DNA from: Lama guanicoe
Lineage: Eukaryota
Direction: 5' to 3'
Length of the DNA stretch: 64,000 nt
Assembly (NCBI GenBank): GCA_013239625.1
Contig: MU054212.1
Coordinates: forward strand, 620,001-684,000
Under the pieces are notes generated by a model, which saw only the letters and a program-made list of their open reading frames with translations, ran no database searches and was not told the DNA's origin. Shown here one piece after another: positions 37,323 to 49,399 of the stretch. Within the stretch, counting starts at the first letter, position 1. The number at the start of each line of letters is the position of its first letter. A program made the translations under genes and the position numbers.

Positions 37323-40074
37323 TCCTCTTCACCAGGCAGCCATCCCTGCCCAAGGCAGAGCATAGGACAAAAAGAATCTTTAAGGTTATTCTATTCTTTT
37401 CTGCCTTATGTCTAAAAAAAGATCGTGAATGCATGACTCTGACAACTTTTTTCATTTTTGTGCTTAATTACCGCACAAACAGAGCAGGGGCCAATGGCTC
37501 ATACATACTCATTTTAGTTTAAGGTCCAAAGGGTACATTTATTTCTAGTGAAGTAAGTTCATTCTTTTAGTTCCACTTGGTGCAAGAGGAAATAATCACA
37601 CATATTGGCAGCTTCCCTCTCTGGAATTTGAACTTGGTCACAAACAAGAAGTCAGGAGATTAAAAAAGCAGAAAGCCTTCCAAAAATGTCCAGAGAAAAG
37701 GAATTAAGCATTTCCACAGCAATCGCCTAATCCTTCCAAATCTGGAATTTCTGAGACTGGAGGAGCCAGGCCTTCCAGACCGCCGGGCCTCTGTCTCTCT
37801 ATTCTGGATGGTCTGGAGCAAGAGGCTGATTTTTCTGAGTATTCACAGCACATCAGGTGCAGTGGAATATCCTCCCTCACTCCATTTATTAATCAAGAGT
37901 TTTACCACATGTTCCTACACTTCCTCAGACATAAATGATCTCAAATGATTCAACCATCAATTGGGAAGGAAAGGTCTGAATTCCATTTCTCTGGAGGGTG
38001 TTTTTTTTTTCCTATCCTAGCTATTGTTACTTTGTTTGGTTTGATCTGTGCATATATATATGTGTTTAACTTTTTAAAAGGAGAGGATCTCCTAGGATCT
38101 GGTTTTCACACAGCCCAACAAAAGGGGAAGAGAAAATTCTGTTCTCTTTCTGCTAGAACTCCACTGAACACCTCTGTCATCTACTCGGGACCGGTACTTG
38201 GGGAGGGACTCTGTAACCAACATCAGGCTTAGGTGTCCAGGGCACAAAGAGCTCCGCTTATTCTGAAGCCCCTTTCCCCAAGGAAGCAATAGCCGCGGTA
38301 ACCCTGAGCAGCCTGGTCCTAGCGGGCGGCAAGAGCCCCCTGTTAGGCGGGTGAAGGGATGTCCGTGGAGGATCTGCTCTGTGTCTTTGGCGGCTGTTGG
38401 TTCTTGGTCCTTCCCCGGCCTCCCTCTCAGTGTGACAGTGGCTGCAGCAGAGTCACTGTGATAAGGAGGACCGGGCAGAGAGGGGACACATTAAACGCAG
38501 GATCTTGAGATTCCTTCGGTGTGGCCCCCTCTCAGCACCCAGGTTTTCAACAGAAATGCTCTGGGGATGTGAAGTGGACTCCTGGTGCGGGACCAACCTT
38601 GACAGCCCAGCCCAGGCTGCAGAGGGGTCTCAAGGGTAACAGAGTGGCCAGAGGTAGACTAGGATGGAGGAAGATAAACTAACAAATAAACAAACAAAAA
38701 ACCATCCTAGGGAAATTACCAGTTACATAACATCCTGCACCCAACTCCCAAAAATTGATCCTATAAGTTATTGAGAGCGAGAGAGAGAAGAGCTTGCACT
38801 CATCCTTGAGCCATTTCTAAAACCTCCACACATTTCTCACTTAGTTGATTCCATGACTGTCTCTCCTTCCAGAACCACTGATTCCTTGAGAGCAAGGACT
38901 CTGTCATACTCACCATTTGTATCCAGGGTTTTAGGACCATCCCTGATGAATAACAAGCGCCACTGAACCAAGAGCATCTGAAACACCTAAACGCCTCTTA
39001 CTTTCCCCGGAGAGAATGTTCCAAACACGTTCCAGCTGGCCATGCTGGTCCTCAATCTCAAACTGACCTCCCAGTGCTTCCCCTCTGATGCCTTCAGCAC
39101 TCTTCAACAGAGAGGGTGACCCCAACCTCCAAACAGCAAAAACAGCCCTGAAGACGTTGCAGTATGCAGCTGGCTGGTCCCAACCACGTGAGAACCAGAC
39201 ACAGGGGCCTAAGAAAGCCTGTAAGGATGCTCAAAAGACAACACTCCTGCACCATCTAGTACAGAACACACACTTAAAGCACAAGTTAAGTGGTTCAAGC
39301 ATTGCACACATGTTTTGTGGCATCAACACACAGCTCATGCACTGAAGTCTGAGTTAAGCCTTCATTCTTGGGCTCCACAGTTAAAATTCTGCTGACTCTC
39401 CGAGGGAGGGGGTGAGTCCCATTTCTCTGAAGATAATGAAGCATGAAATTGCCACGGTGAAAAGTGTGGCACAATCTTACCACATTCAAGAACAATTGAT
39501 ATTTGAACATCAAGAAAATTTCCTCTCACCGCATTTTAGTCCTCAGAACCAGCAGGGAAATGAAAGGGCAGTTCTAAGAAGCAGTTAGCACTGCTTGCTT
39601 TATCTCACACACAAGCAACAGACACCCCAGGTAATAAGGTCATTTCTGGTCAGATGGCTGCAAGTCTTCCTGCCCTTTCGGTTCCTTGAAATTCTCTCGC
39701 TTGAAAATGCCACAGCAGAGGGCCCCCCCCCCACCAGACAAATATGAAAGGCCAACTGTCAAGCAGAGGAAGAATTTATTTTCTCTACTGTTACTTAAAA
39801 CAGTCCGAGGGGAAGCAAGTTTCCAAGATTCTTGGAGCCTCTGCATGAACTGTGATTTTGAAAGATTAGGAGAGAGATTCCCACCCACCAAGAGGCAAAC
39901 CCAGCGCTCGAAAGGGGTACAGTGTCATGGTCTGCCCCTAGGACGTGGAGAACTGTCAACCTGGTCCCTACCACCACGTCCCAGTGCACCCTGAAGTTAG
40001 CGACCCCAAGCCACACCATCTGCATCTCAGGAGTGAGCGAGAAGCTCAGCTCAGTTAGAAGCACTCCTGAGAGA

Positions 40075-40750
40075 CCATGTCCCACCTAGGAGAATGGCCA
40101 AAGCAAGACAGACACCACCAAACGCTGGTGAAGACAAGGAGCAACCAGAACGCTCACACGTCGCTGGGAGGGAGGGTAAAATGGTCCAGACGCTTTAGAA
40201 AACTGGCACTGTCTTTAAAACTTAAAACATATATCTACTCGCAGACCCAGAAATTCTACTCCTAGGTATTTATCCAAGAGACATGAAAACATAAGTCCAC
40301 AAAAAGTCTTGTATGAGAATGTGGATGGCAGCTTTATTCGTAACAGTCCAGAACCTGAAACGACCCAGGTGAGAAGCAACAGGGAAAGGGATGAACAAGA
40401 GATGGTAAGTTCATACAACGGCACAGTAGCGAGCAACAAAGCGGAAAAAACCAGCGAGACACACAACAATCTGAAAACACTAGGCTGAAAGAGTCAGATA
40501 AAAAATGTGTGTTTCCATTTATACGAGTCTCTATTACAGGCAGAACTTACGACGTTTGGTAACAGAAATCAGTTCAGTAGGGGCTTCTGGTGGTCGGTGA
40601 AAAGGGAGTGACTGAGAAGGAGTGTGAGGAAATTTCCCATATCTTCATAGAGGTGTGAGTTACGTGGGTGTCTACATTCGTCAAAATTGATCAAGCTATA
40701 CATTTAAGATATACGTTTCATATGTGTACCTCATATCTCAATTTTAAAAT
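40075..40750 (+). mobile_element. Old L1 (L1ME/MD-like), ORF2 end and 3' UTR
   Basis: gacccagaaattctactcctaggtatttatccaagaga.atgaaaacata.gtccacaaaaag.cttgta.gagaatg...gcagctttattcgtaa. Confidence 0.88.
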
Positions 40751-43434
40751 GTTTTGCAAGTACTACCAAATAATTAAGATACAAATAAAAAAAAGGGGAT
40801 GGTGAGAAGAAAGCAAAAAGAATAAAGCCCTGCTTTAAAATCTCAGAAGTTATTGAGTCTTCAAAAAAAGACTGCACCCATGGGTCCTGACTCTTACTGG
40901 GTCTTAATGGGTACAGACACTCTCCCTGACTCACACCCACACCTTGCAGTGCACATTCCAGATAGAAAATGTAATAAGCAAGCAGGAAAGAATGAAGTGT
41001 TGTTCCAACTTTAAAATGGGCTGGACCACCCATGGGCCAATGAGAAAGCTAACAAATTGGCAGGAATTAGAGCCGCCCAATCAGAGTAGTCCTTGAGTAC
41101 TTCTGGAGGAGGGAGATTTTCCTCAGCTGTTTTATATACTTAAATGTTGTAATCGATCACATGCTCCCGTGGGAAAACACCACCAGGACTCATGGAAGAG
41201 TTCAGGGCCGCTGGCCAGGCTTTATAGCTGCTCACAGCTGCACAAGGTTGTGCATAACACAACGTCAGTATAAAGAACGGCACTGTTGATACGGACCACA
41301 ACTGTATGTGCCGGCTGTGGGGGTTTCTGAAAGTTAAAGCTGATCAAAACCTGCGCAGTGCGTTCCTGTGTATTTCACAAGCGGCTTCCCTACGCTTGTC
41401 AAGACTGTCTGCTCCTCGACAGTCCCCATCCACGCAGACACTTGAGGACCACCCCACATCCACCAAGGTGTCAAGTCAGTGGCGCTCCACTCGCAGGTGA
41501 AAGGAGAAACAGACACACCTTGACACACAATCTGTAAAAGTGCTAAGAAAGCAACAAGCATGATCATGGTGACCACACACAAAGCACCTATAATAAAAAA
41601 GTGCTTTTATGTCACTTAATACACATAAAAGTCGGTGTGGTTTTACAGCGCTTCCCCAGGATGTTCATGGGTTAGATCCCGAACTTGGTGCTGGTAGAAA
41701 TGGACATCTCTGGATTCTTCTGGAAGGCTGCCACCGGTTCATACATAACCTCATTCCCCAGGGCCTTTGCAAAGTCCTGCTACGATGGCTACTGAGGCCC
41801 ACAGGGCTCCTGGCGCCTCAGCTCTGGGGCCAACCCTTTACTGGGGATCCTCAGTGAAACTCCAGCCTCCCTCTGCTACTCATCTCCTTGGCATCATCTT
41901 GGTCACATCACTTAACTCCTCTGGGCTTCAGTTTCCTCATTTGTAAAATGTGCTGGCACCTGGGAAAATCACCAAGCTTCCTTCCAGCTCAGATAATCAT
42001 GAGTGTAACAAATGGGCAAGCATAGCCTCCTAATTAAAGGCAGAGTAATGTCTTCAAGTGAACGTTACTTGCCCAAGTTCACTAGAAATCACTCGGGGAG
42101 AAAACGAACGTATAAACCAAGGAGAACCAGCGGGGACATGACTTTCCAAAGGTCTTTGACCGAAACATATTTCAAAGGCAGAGGACGCTTAGCAGGCGCT
42201 GAAATATCTGCTGGGTGGCAACCCTCCGGCCGCACGAAGGAACGGCGAGAGGCAGGCCTGGAAGGCAGACACCCGGCGGCATGGGTAAGCGGAAGGTGTT
42301 CCGGGACGACACCAGGGTTCCATACAATTTTTTTTTTTTTTTTTACAAAGGACAGGGTTTCAATAAACGATGGTGGAGAAGGCACTCACTCCACAGCAGG
42401 TTGTGAGAGCGGGCAGAAAGCAGCAGACGGTGCCTCAGTGTGGCTAAGTATAGAACAACTCATGGAGAAAAAAAAATTCAAACATGCTTACGAGACACCG
42501 CTGTGGATTTGTCATGAGCACTCTAGAAACATGACTCAAGCCTCTATCGCTAGTTCCCTGAGGACACCAGTTCAAATAGTCTGAAGCAGCTGAAAACACA
42601 AACAGGAAGGAGTTGCTGTTTGGGGCACAGTAGGGACCTAGAAGGGGCTTGAGAAATGATCCAGTCCACGCTTCTCGTTTTACAGGTGAGAGACTGAGAC
42701 CCTGAGGGTTTGGGTGGTGCCTCGTACATAGCCAAGATCAATAAACGTTACCCTAAAGAGCCTGACCAGTAAAATGTGTATTTTCAACACCACCCACGGG
42801 TATTATTGCTTTATCTCTAATAAGCATCAGCTTATTCAAGTTGTTGCATCAACTTTGAAACATTTCAGAATAAAAAAAAAAAAGACACAATGGAAGAGAG
42901 TTTTGTGGGCAATCCCTGAATCTGAAAAATGACTCTAGAGGAACTGAGGCAGCAAGGGAGTGAAGGGAAGTTTTAAAACTTGACTTCTTTCATCTGGAAT
43001 TACGAAAACTGGATGGTAACATACGATTAAAATATATAAAAGGAGATCAGTGAAGAATTGGGGGAATTATTTGAACTCCTTCACCAAATCTTTAGCACTA
43101 GGACTGCGGAGCAATTCTGGACGCTGGAAGGAGGAATTTTTGAAGAGGACAAAGCAGGCACTAGTTTATTTGGCAGATAACACACCTGTCTGTACACCTG
43201 AGGTCGCACCAGATGAAAACACTGACAACAAAATTCAAGGATAAAGTCACGGGCAATAAATCCAGACTGGGATATTAAGAGCAGTTTTGAGTACGTGGGC
43301 CATTCCTAACCTCTGGGTTGGACATGCTGGAAGGCAGCCACGTTCTCTTACAAAATGTCCCCCAGAGATATAAGTGGGCTCAGAGCACTGGGTTGAAAGG
43401 GCAACGTGAGACAAACAAACAAAATGATGTTTAC

Positions 43435-43469
43435 CTGTGGGGTGAGATGCACAGGCCAGGAGCACCACA
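43435..43469 (-). CDS. TMEM241: TMEM241 coding exon ~11 (35 nt, phase 2-1): (S)VVLLACASHPT(G)
   Basis: Acceptor ctatttcttttccag|T, donor CAG|gtaaac. Matches the start of track ORF 43247..43468. Confidence 0.95.
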
Positions 43470-44464
43470 CTGGAAAAGAAATAGCAGACTCGTGAGGAAA
43501 CCTCCCTGGCCCATTTCTACCCATTCTACCTGGAAATGGGGAGATTTGCCTAAAAGCAAATTGTCTGCGCTAAATGGTCTCATCCTGCCTAAATCCAACT
43601 CGTCAGTGAATCACTAAAAATGCCTCCAGTTTTGGCAAAAGGGCTGGGTCTACCCTGAGATGGGCTGAGAGTCATCCGCGTCACTAATGATCAGACTCAC
43701 CTAATAACAGACTATTTGTCGGCTAAACAAAGCCGACTCTATAAATTACAAACAGGCTGCAACCTAAAAGCTAGCTGCCGAGCGTGAGCTAAATCTATTC
43801 CTGAGCTAAGTCACAAAATTAAATACACAAAAGGATAAATTTCCAAGAAGCTAGCCCACAAAATGCTCCATGCCATCCACCTTGTGTCTGAAAACCACCT
43901 GGACCAATCTGCAGTTGACGCCAGAAAGGATGATGCAGACCATCTCAGCGCTTGGCGGTCTCCCATCCTCCTCTTTGGAAGCCTGTCCCATCCCCTAGTG
44001 CCTGTCTGCAGTGCCTTCCTGTGGCCCTAAGCCCACCTTCATATCCTCTTCCATTGAAGCTCATGTCACACAGGTTGCTGATTCAGTTGGAGATTAGGAA
44101 TAAAACTTTCTATTCAAATATAAGAAGGAATTTTTCTTTTTAAAGTGTTGGATGGCCTACTCTGGTTCTTAACCTTGGAGGCACATCCGAATAGCCCAAT
44201 ATCCTGGCTAGACTCTCTAAGGGTCTGGTCCAGGCATTCATTGTTTTCCTTTGCTATGGCTCTCGGTAGCTATAAAGTGCACTAGGACTGAGGACCCCCA
44301 TGCCACAGTCTCCAGTTGGTGGCATTATAGGCAGGGTAGAAGTTTTGAGCTGAGAAACCGTGTTAGCTCGTCTGCCCAGCCCCGCCATGCTCTTGGGTTA
44401 TCTCCACGCCATTTGTGTTATTCTGATGGCTCCCAGAGGAGAAGCATCACAGAATAGAGACAGG

Positions 44465-44712
44465 AGGAGGGAGGGGAGGGATAAACTAGGAGTTTGGGGT
44501 TAACAGATACACACTACTATATATAAAATAGATAAATAACAAGGATCTGCTGTAGGGCACAGGGAACTACATTCAATTTCTTGAAATAAGCTATAATGGA
44601 AAAGAATCTAAAAATACATATATGTATAACTGAACTGTTTTAGTGTACACCTGAAACTAACATTGTAAATCAACTACACTTCAAAAAATAAATAAATATA
44701 ATAAAAATAAAA
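44465..44712 (+). mobile_element. Cetartiodactyl-type L1 3' UTR end with A-rich tail
   Basis: gggataaactaggagtttggggttaacagatacacactactatatataaaatagataaa.aacaagg...cattgtaaatcaactacacttcaaaaaataaataaa. Confidence 0.9.
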
Positions 44713-45376
44713 CTCGTTACAAATCAAGCCTCAAACTTCATCCTACCTTAACAAATACACCTTCCAAACAACCTGAAAGTCCAGGTGAAAATTTAGAATT
44801 CTTGGAATCCTTGGAGCTTCAGGTCAGAAGGTGGCAGTGCTGGGGGATCCAGCCTCTGGCTCCCGGCTCCCAGTGGGCCCCCGGTGCATCCTATTCTCTT
44901 CCCACACCAAGCTCCATCCCGCATCCCCAGGCCCTCCCACGTGTGGGTGTGGACACCTCCACCTGCAAGCCCACCTTCCTTCCATGTCCCTCCCACCCCA
45001 GCCTTCCTTCGGACACCCACTAGGTCTCGGAGTGAGTTAAGGAAACAGACCCAGGGAGGCCTTAGAATTCACGTGGGTAGGGGATTCCAGGGCCCAGTCG
45101 AGAAGGAAGGGCTCTTAGCCTTACACTCTCCACATCCCCTGGGGAGAGGCATGGCCCTCTGAAGTGTGGGGCTGGTTGGATGTGCTTCTTGCCTGGCCCA
45201 AGGGCAGTACTGCTACTTAGCTTCCTCAGTTCTGATCCGCTCACCAATTACTGAGCTTACTTTCCTGGCAGGAACACTGGCTCAGATCTTCCCAATCAAA
45301 ATATTATTGGAAAGTAAAAATCCATTAGGTGAAGAAGGACAGAAGTTATTCTTTGAAAATTTAAATTATAGTTTAC

Positions 45377-45412
45377 CTGAATAGGTAGTTCAAGTACTGT
45401 TGGTCAATGTCA
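45377..45412 (-). CDS. TMEM241: TMEM241 coding exon ~10 (36 nt, phase 2-2): (S)DIDQQYLNYLF(S)
   Basis: Acceptor ttttttccctcattccttag|T, donor CAG|gtaaac. Confidence 0.95.
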
Positions 45413-45710
45413 CTAAGGAATGAGGGAAAAAAACATAAAGCACGTGAAATACCAGAAGTATTTTACATACACAAAAGTCATTTGCTTCTATTGATACATT
45501 ATAGCTACGTACAAGTTACTACATTTATAAATTATCAATAAATACTATGAAGAGTATTTCATATTCAAAACCATTTCCAGGCTCATTTTTAAAAACGATT
45601 TCCTCGGTTAATACTATCACATGCATTTTCACTTGTGGCCAATTATTTCCTATGTGTACTTCTGCCACTTTAAAAGGAGTGTCAGCTCTCTCAGGCCACT
45701 GGACTGGCTT

Positions 45711-45901
45711 CTAGGGCTACGTTATTTGACAAACAAAAATACAGGACACCAAAATAGACCTGAATTTCATGGGAAAAATAATGCTTTAGTATAAGTATAT
45801 TCCAAACATTGCATGGGACATACTTAAACTAAAAAAATTATTCCCCGCTTACCTGACATTCAAATGTAACGGGGTATCCTGCATTCTATCTAATAACTCT
45901 A
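45711..45901. mobile_element. MER53 palindromic hAT MITE
   Basis: ctaggg...aaaaatacaggac...tttagtataagtat...ttgcatgggacatactta.actaaaaaa.ttatt...tcctgcatt.tatct. Internally palindromic. Confidence 0.88.
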
Positions 45902-46552
45902 CTGGCCCCTTGTTACAAAAACACTTTATTTCAAAGATAAAACGGTGCCCTAGGGACCCGCCACACACCCTCAGAGTGTATAACCTCCTCCAGGAGTCAG
46001 TCCCTTCAGAGCTTTCCTCTGTGGGCCTCCAGCAGCGCTGAAACCCAGGCGCCAGCTGCCCAGTGGAAGGCTCTGACCTGGCAGCCCCAGCTCCACCAAG
46101 GCCCGAACTCTCATCTTTCTCACTTATACTCGCCAACTGACTGCCCTCCACAGAGGCCTCATTTCACCCCAGAACAAAGCTAGTGATGGGGGAGGCTGCT
46201 GGCTCTAAAGTTAGGAAGAGGCTGGAGAAACAAGCAAAGACTTGTGTCTCTGAGCTGGAGGAAGTGAACTGGGGCCCAAGGCAGCTGGGCACATAATTTT
46301 GGTCAAAAAGTCATCTAAACGGCTGCTGCTGAAGGAAGAGACAGAATTCCAGGCTCTTCGCACATCGCTGGCGGCTGGTGGACCAGGCCTGGACCCGCCC
46401 AACAGCACAGGAAAGGGCTTCGGGCCAAGCCTGCTGCCCTCACTGCCACCTGGACTCGTGGAGTCTCCGGACGATGGAGGCAGCTCACAACACCGAGGGT
46501 CTCACCCCCTTCCTTTAACCAAATGACGGCTCACCAACCTTTAAAAGTTTAC

Positions 46553-46598
46553 CTTAACGCATTGGGTTTCTGGGATTTCTGGAGAATCTTATAAGCTC
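46553..46598 (-). CDS. TMEM241: TMEM241 coding exon ~9 (46 nt, phase 1-2): (G)AYKILQKSQKPNAL(S)
   Basis: Acceptor ttacttcctttccag|GA, donor AAG|gtaaac. Confidence 0.95.
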
Positions 46599-47365
46599 CT
46601 GGAAAGGAAGTAACACAGGTCACTGGCACAGGGCATTGTGCGGAGGAAACTCCATAGAAGCACAGAGTCCGCCTGGAGAAGGGTCCCTCTTCCCCGTGAG
46701 GGTCGCCCACAGCCAACAGAGGGCGACCAACTGCACCCTAGATGCGCATTCGACAGTCCCCGTGATGATGCAGTTCAGCACAGGGTGCTGGGCCGGGAAG
46801 GCCCACAGTCAACAGAAGGATGCAATGAACAGGAAGCCTGGGTTTCCTCTGATGGTGAAGGTGAGAAAGAGAAACAGCGCTGGATTTCTGAACAGAGTGC
46901 CACAAAGTCAGGGCGTTGTTCCTCCCACGAAGACTATAGATAGGAAACACTGAACATAGGGTCTGAAATAAAGTAGATGGTCCTTTTATTTCACCAACTA
47001 AAGCAAAAAACTTCTTTTTGATATATTGCTGAGAGTGTTTCTGACACAAACTTCTGGACCTTGATCTCTTCCCCCCATTTTTAGAGAAGACCAACCAGCA
47101 CTCCACATATGGATTTGAGCAAGCAGAGCCTGGGCCGTGGTGAGTTAATTAATGTTTGTCAGGAGAAAGGGGGGACTGCGGGAACGGGAAACAAGACAGG
47201 AAAACTCCAAAGTAGGAAAATCGAGCCAGAAAAATGTCCATTTAATTTTAACCTTGACACCTTGGATTTAATCTTCCTATTATCCAGGACCACTAAACAG
47301 TGGATATATGACACGATCTAACTAATAAACCTCAACGCTTAAGTGAGAATTCTTTAAAAACTTAC

Positions 47366-47414
47366 CTACACAGAGTAAGTGAATGACAGCCCAGAAATAT
47401 CCATCTGGATCAAA
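47366..47414 (-). CDS. TMEM241: TMEM241 coding exon ~8 (49 nt, phase 0-1): FDPDGYFWAVIHLLCV(G)
   Basis: Acceptor tttttttcaatcttgtgttacag|TTT, donor TAG|gtaagt. Confidence 0.96.
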
Positions 47415-47544
47415 CTGTAACACAAGATTGAAAAAAACACACACACAAAGGCTGTAGGTACAAACAAGTTCCAGCGTGGCGATCAGAAACCCTAAGTGTC
47501 AGTGCGCAGTGCCAAGCATGGTGCCAAACGGGACCCTGGGGCCG

Positions 47545-47965
47545 TGGGCCAGTCCCTCCTTATTTCTCACCCAGCCGCCTCTGACAGCTTCCTAACAGGG
47601 CTCCCTGCCCCAGTGCTCTTCCCCATCTCCCACCCTCCCCACATCGCATCTCTAAAAGGCAGCTATGACAGTGTCACTTATTGCTTAAAACCATCCAACG
47701 GTCCCCCAGTGACTTCAGGATGAAATCCAAACTCAGGGCACCCAAGAATCCCTATGATGAGCCCCTGTCCTCCCAACAAGTCCCGTCCACTCCCATCCAC
47801 TCCCTCTTCCTACCTTTTTTATTTTTCCCACTTATCTCATCTGACACACTCTATTTCACTTATGATCCATCTCTCTCTCCGCCCACAACTAGATGATCAA
47901 TGCCAAGAGGGCAGGAATTAGCCCAGGGGTGCATACACAGTAGGTGCTCAATAAAGCTGAATCAC
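47545..47965 (+). mobile_element. L2 LINE 3' fragment
   Basis: cttcctaacagggctccctgcc...tgcttaaaaccatccaa...aaatccaaactc...gcatacacagtaggtgctcaataaa. Confidence 0.78.
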
Positions 47966-48059
47966 AGAACACTGAGGATGCCTCCAGGGCTCTGTCCACA
48001 CCTTCTTCTACTCCTGGCTCTCTCCTTCTCACCTTTCAAGATTTAGGTCCAATGAGGCA

Positions 48060-48255
48060 AGCCTGGCTGCAGCATCAGAAAGATCTGGGTTAAATTCTAA
48101 AATCCCCATTTCCTGGTTAGCTGTGACCTCCTGGGCCTCACTGTTCTTCAGCTATGAAATGCAGATAACAGTAGCCACTGCCCTTGTGCAATTGTGAGAT
48201 GAAATACAAAAAGGCACGTGAAGCCCTGGCACAGAGCCTGGCACACAGCCAGCCC
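48060..48255 (+). mobile_element. MIR SINE
   Basis: agatctgggttaaattct...agctgtgacct...ctatgaaatgcagataacagta...tggcacagagcctggcacacag. Confidence 0.78.
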
Positions 48256-48971
48256 CTGTAATCGTCGGCTATTCCTGCTCCGAGCCTCCGAATCTTCCCC
48301 GGTGCCTCGCTGGGTCCCACACCCCACTGGACAGAGCCCTGGCCTCCCTGTGTTATAATTATCTGTTTCTCGCCTGCCCCCGCCCCTTTGCTCTGCCTAG
48401 ACTCCGACTTCTGCCTGGCCCACTCAATTCCTCTTTGTGCCCCTAGAGCCTGGCTCGGTGCCTGACACTTGATGGGGGCTTAATAAATGCTGGGAAGAAA
48501 AGAAAGAAAAAAAGCCCCTACAATGAGATGATGAGTGGCGGTGGCTGGAGGCGGGTGGGGGGGACGTCCTCAGTGCCTGGTAAAGAAACACTCAGGACAG
48601 CAAAGTGAAAATCGCTGTGCCGATGAGGCCCTCGGGATGAGAGGGAAAAGGCAATTCCATCTCAGTGAGCGAGGCTGGGGCAATTTGGGCCTGCAGGTTC
48701 TCCAAGCACGTACGGAGGGCTGACTGCTCCCATCACGGCGCCCAGAGGCCCGCGCTCTGCTGGCCACGCTGCTGCAGCCTTGCGAAAAGGCACAGACCTG
48801 AGGAGAGGTGTTGGCCTGGCCCGAAGGTCTCCCAGGGCCTGAAAGTTGGCTTTTAAATGCCTCTGCATAGGCAGGGTTATCCAGCTTCTCAAAGGAGGGG
48901 CTCGAAAATTCTGCTCATCCCCGCAGGCTTCAGAGACACTTGAAAAGCAAAGTGAGTCTACCTGAGCTTAC

Positions 48972-49023
48972 CTGGGAGTCATTGAAGGGCAGGCACCCTG
49001 CAGCGGCCAGGAGGAAGAGGGCA
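48972..49023 (-). CDS. TMEM241: TMEM241 coding exon ~7 (52 nt, phase 2-0): (S)ALFLLAAAGCLPFNDSQ
   Basis: Acceptor tctcctctccacag|T, donor CAG|gtaagc. The peptide is visible inside track ORF 48930..49151. Confidence 0.96.
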
Positions 49024-49399
49024 CTGTGGAGAGGAGATAAAATAGGCGGCTTCACTTTTAACGTCAAGAGCATCCAGAGAGCGAGAAAGTTGACATACAT
49101 GGACTGGAGCTCAGATGAGACAAAGAGCCCGCAAGACCAAGCCCCGTTCATCCTCTGAGAACCTCGTTACCCACGTAGTGTTCAACTATGTGCTCTGCTT
49201 CTCTCTCGGGGACAGTCCTTCTCTGGGGCTCAGCTAGCCTTCTTCCCAGAGAAGGGCATTCGCAGGACGTGTGCAAAACCACAGCTGGCTCATTTGAGAA
49301 AAATAGTATATACAAAAGGAGATTTTTTTTTCTTTAACTATAGATCCCCAAAAATACACTCATGGAAAATTGGACAATCAGACTACAATTATGCCGCTT

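Noticed and set aside
41670..41780. Protein-like minus-strand frame DFAKALGNEVMYEPVAAFQKNPEMSISTSTKFGI*
   Set aside because: No polypyrimidine tract at the putative acceptor, not part of TMEM241, and no recognised parent gene. A tBLASTn/BLASTp search would settle it.
42012..42584. 190-aa plus-strand ORF
   Set aside because: No recognisable homology or splice context, and it runs through a T homopolymer. Consistent with a chance ORF.
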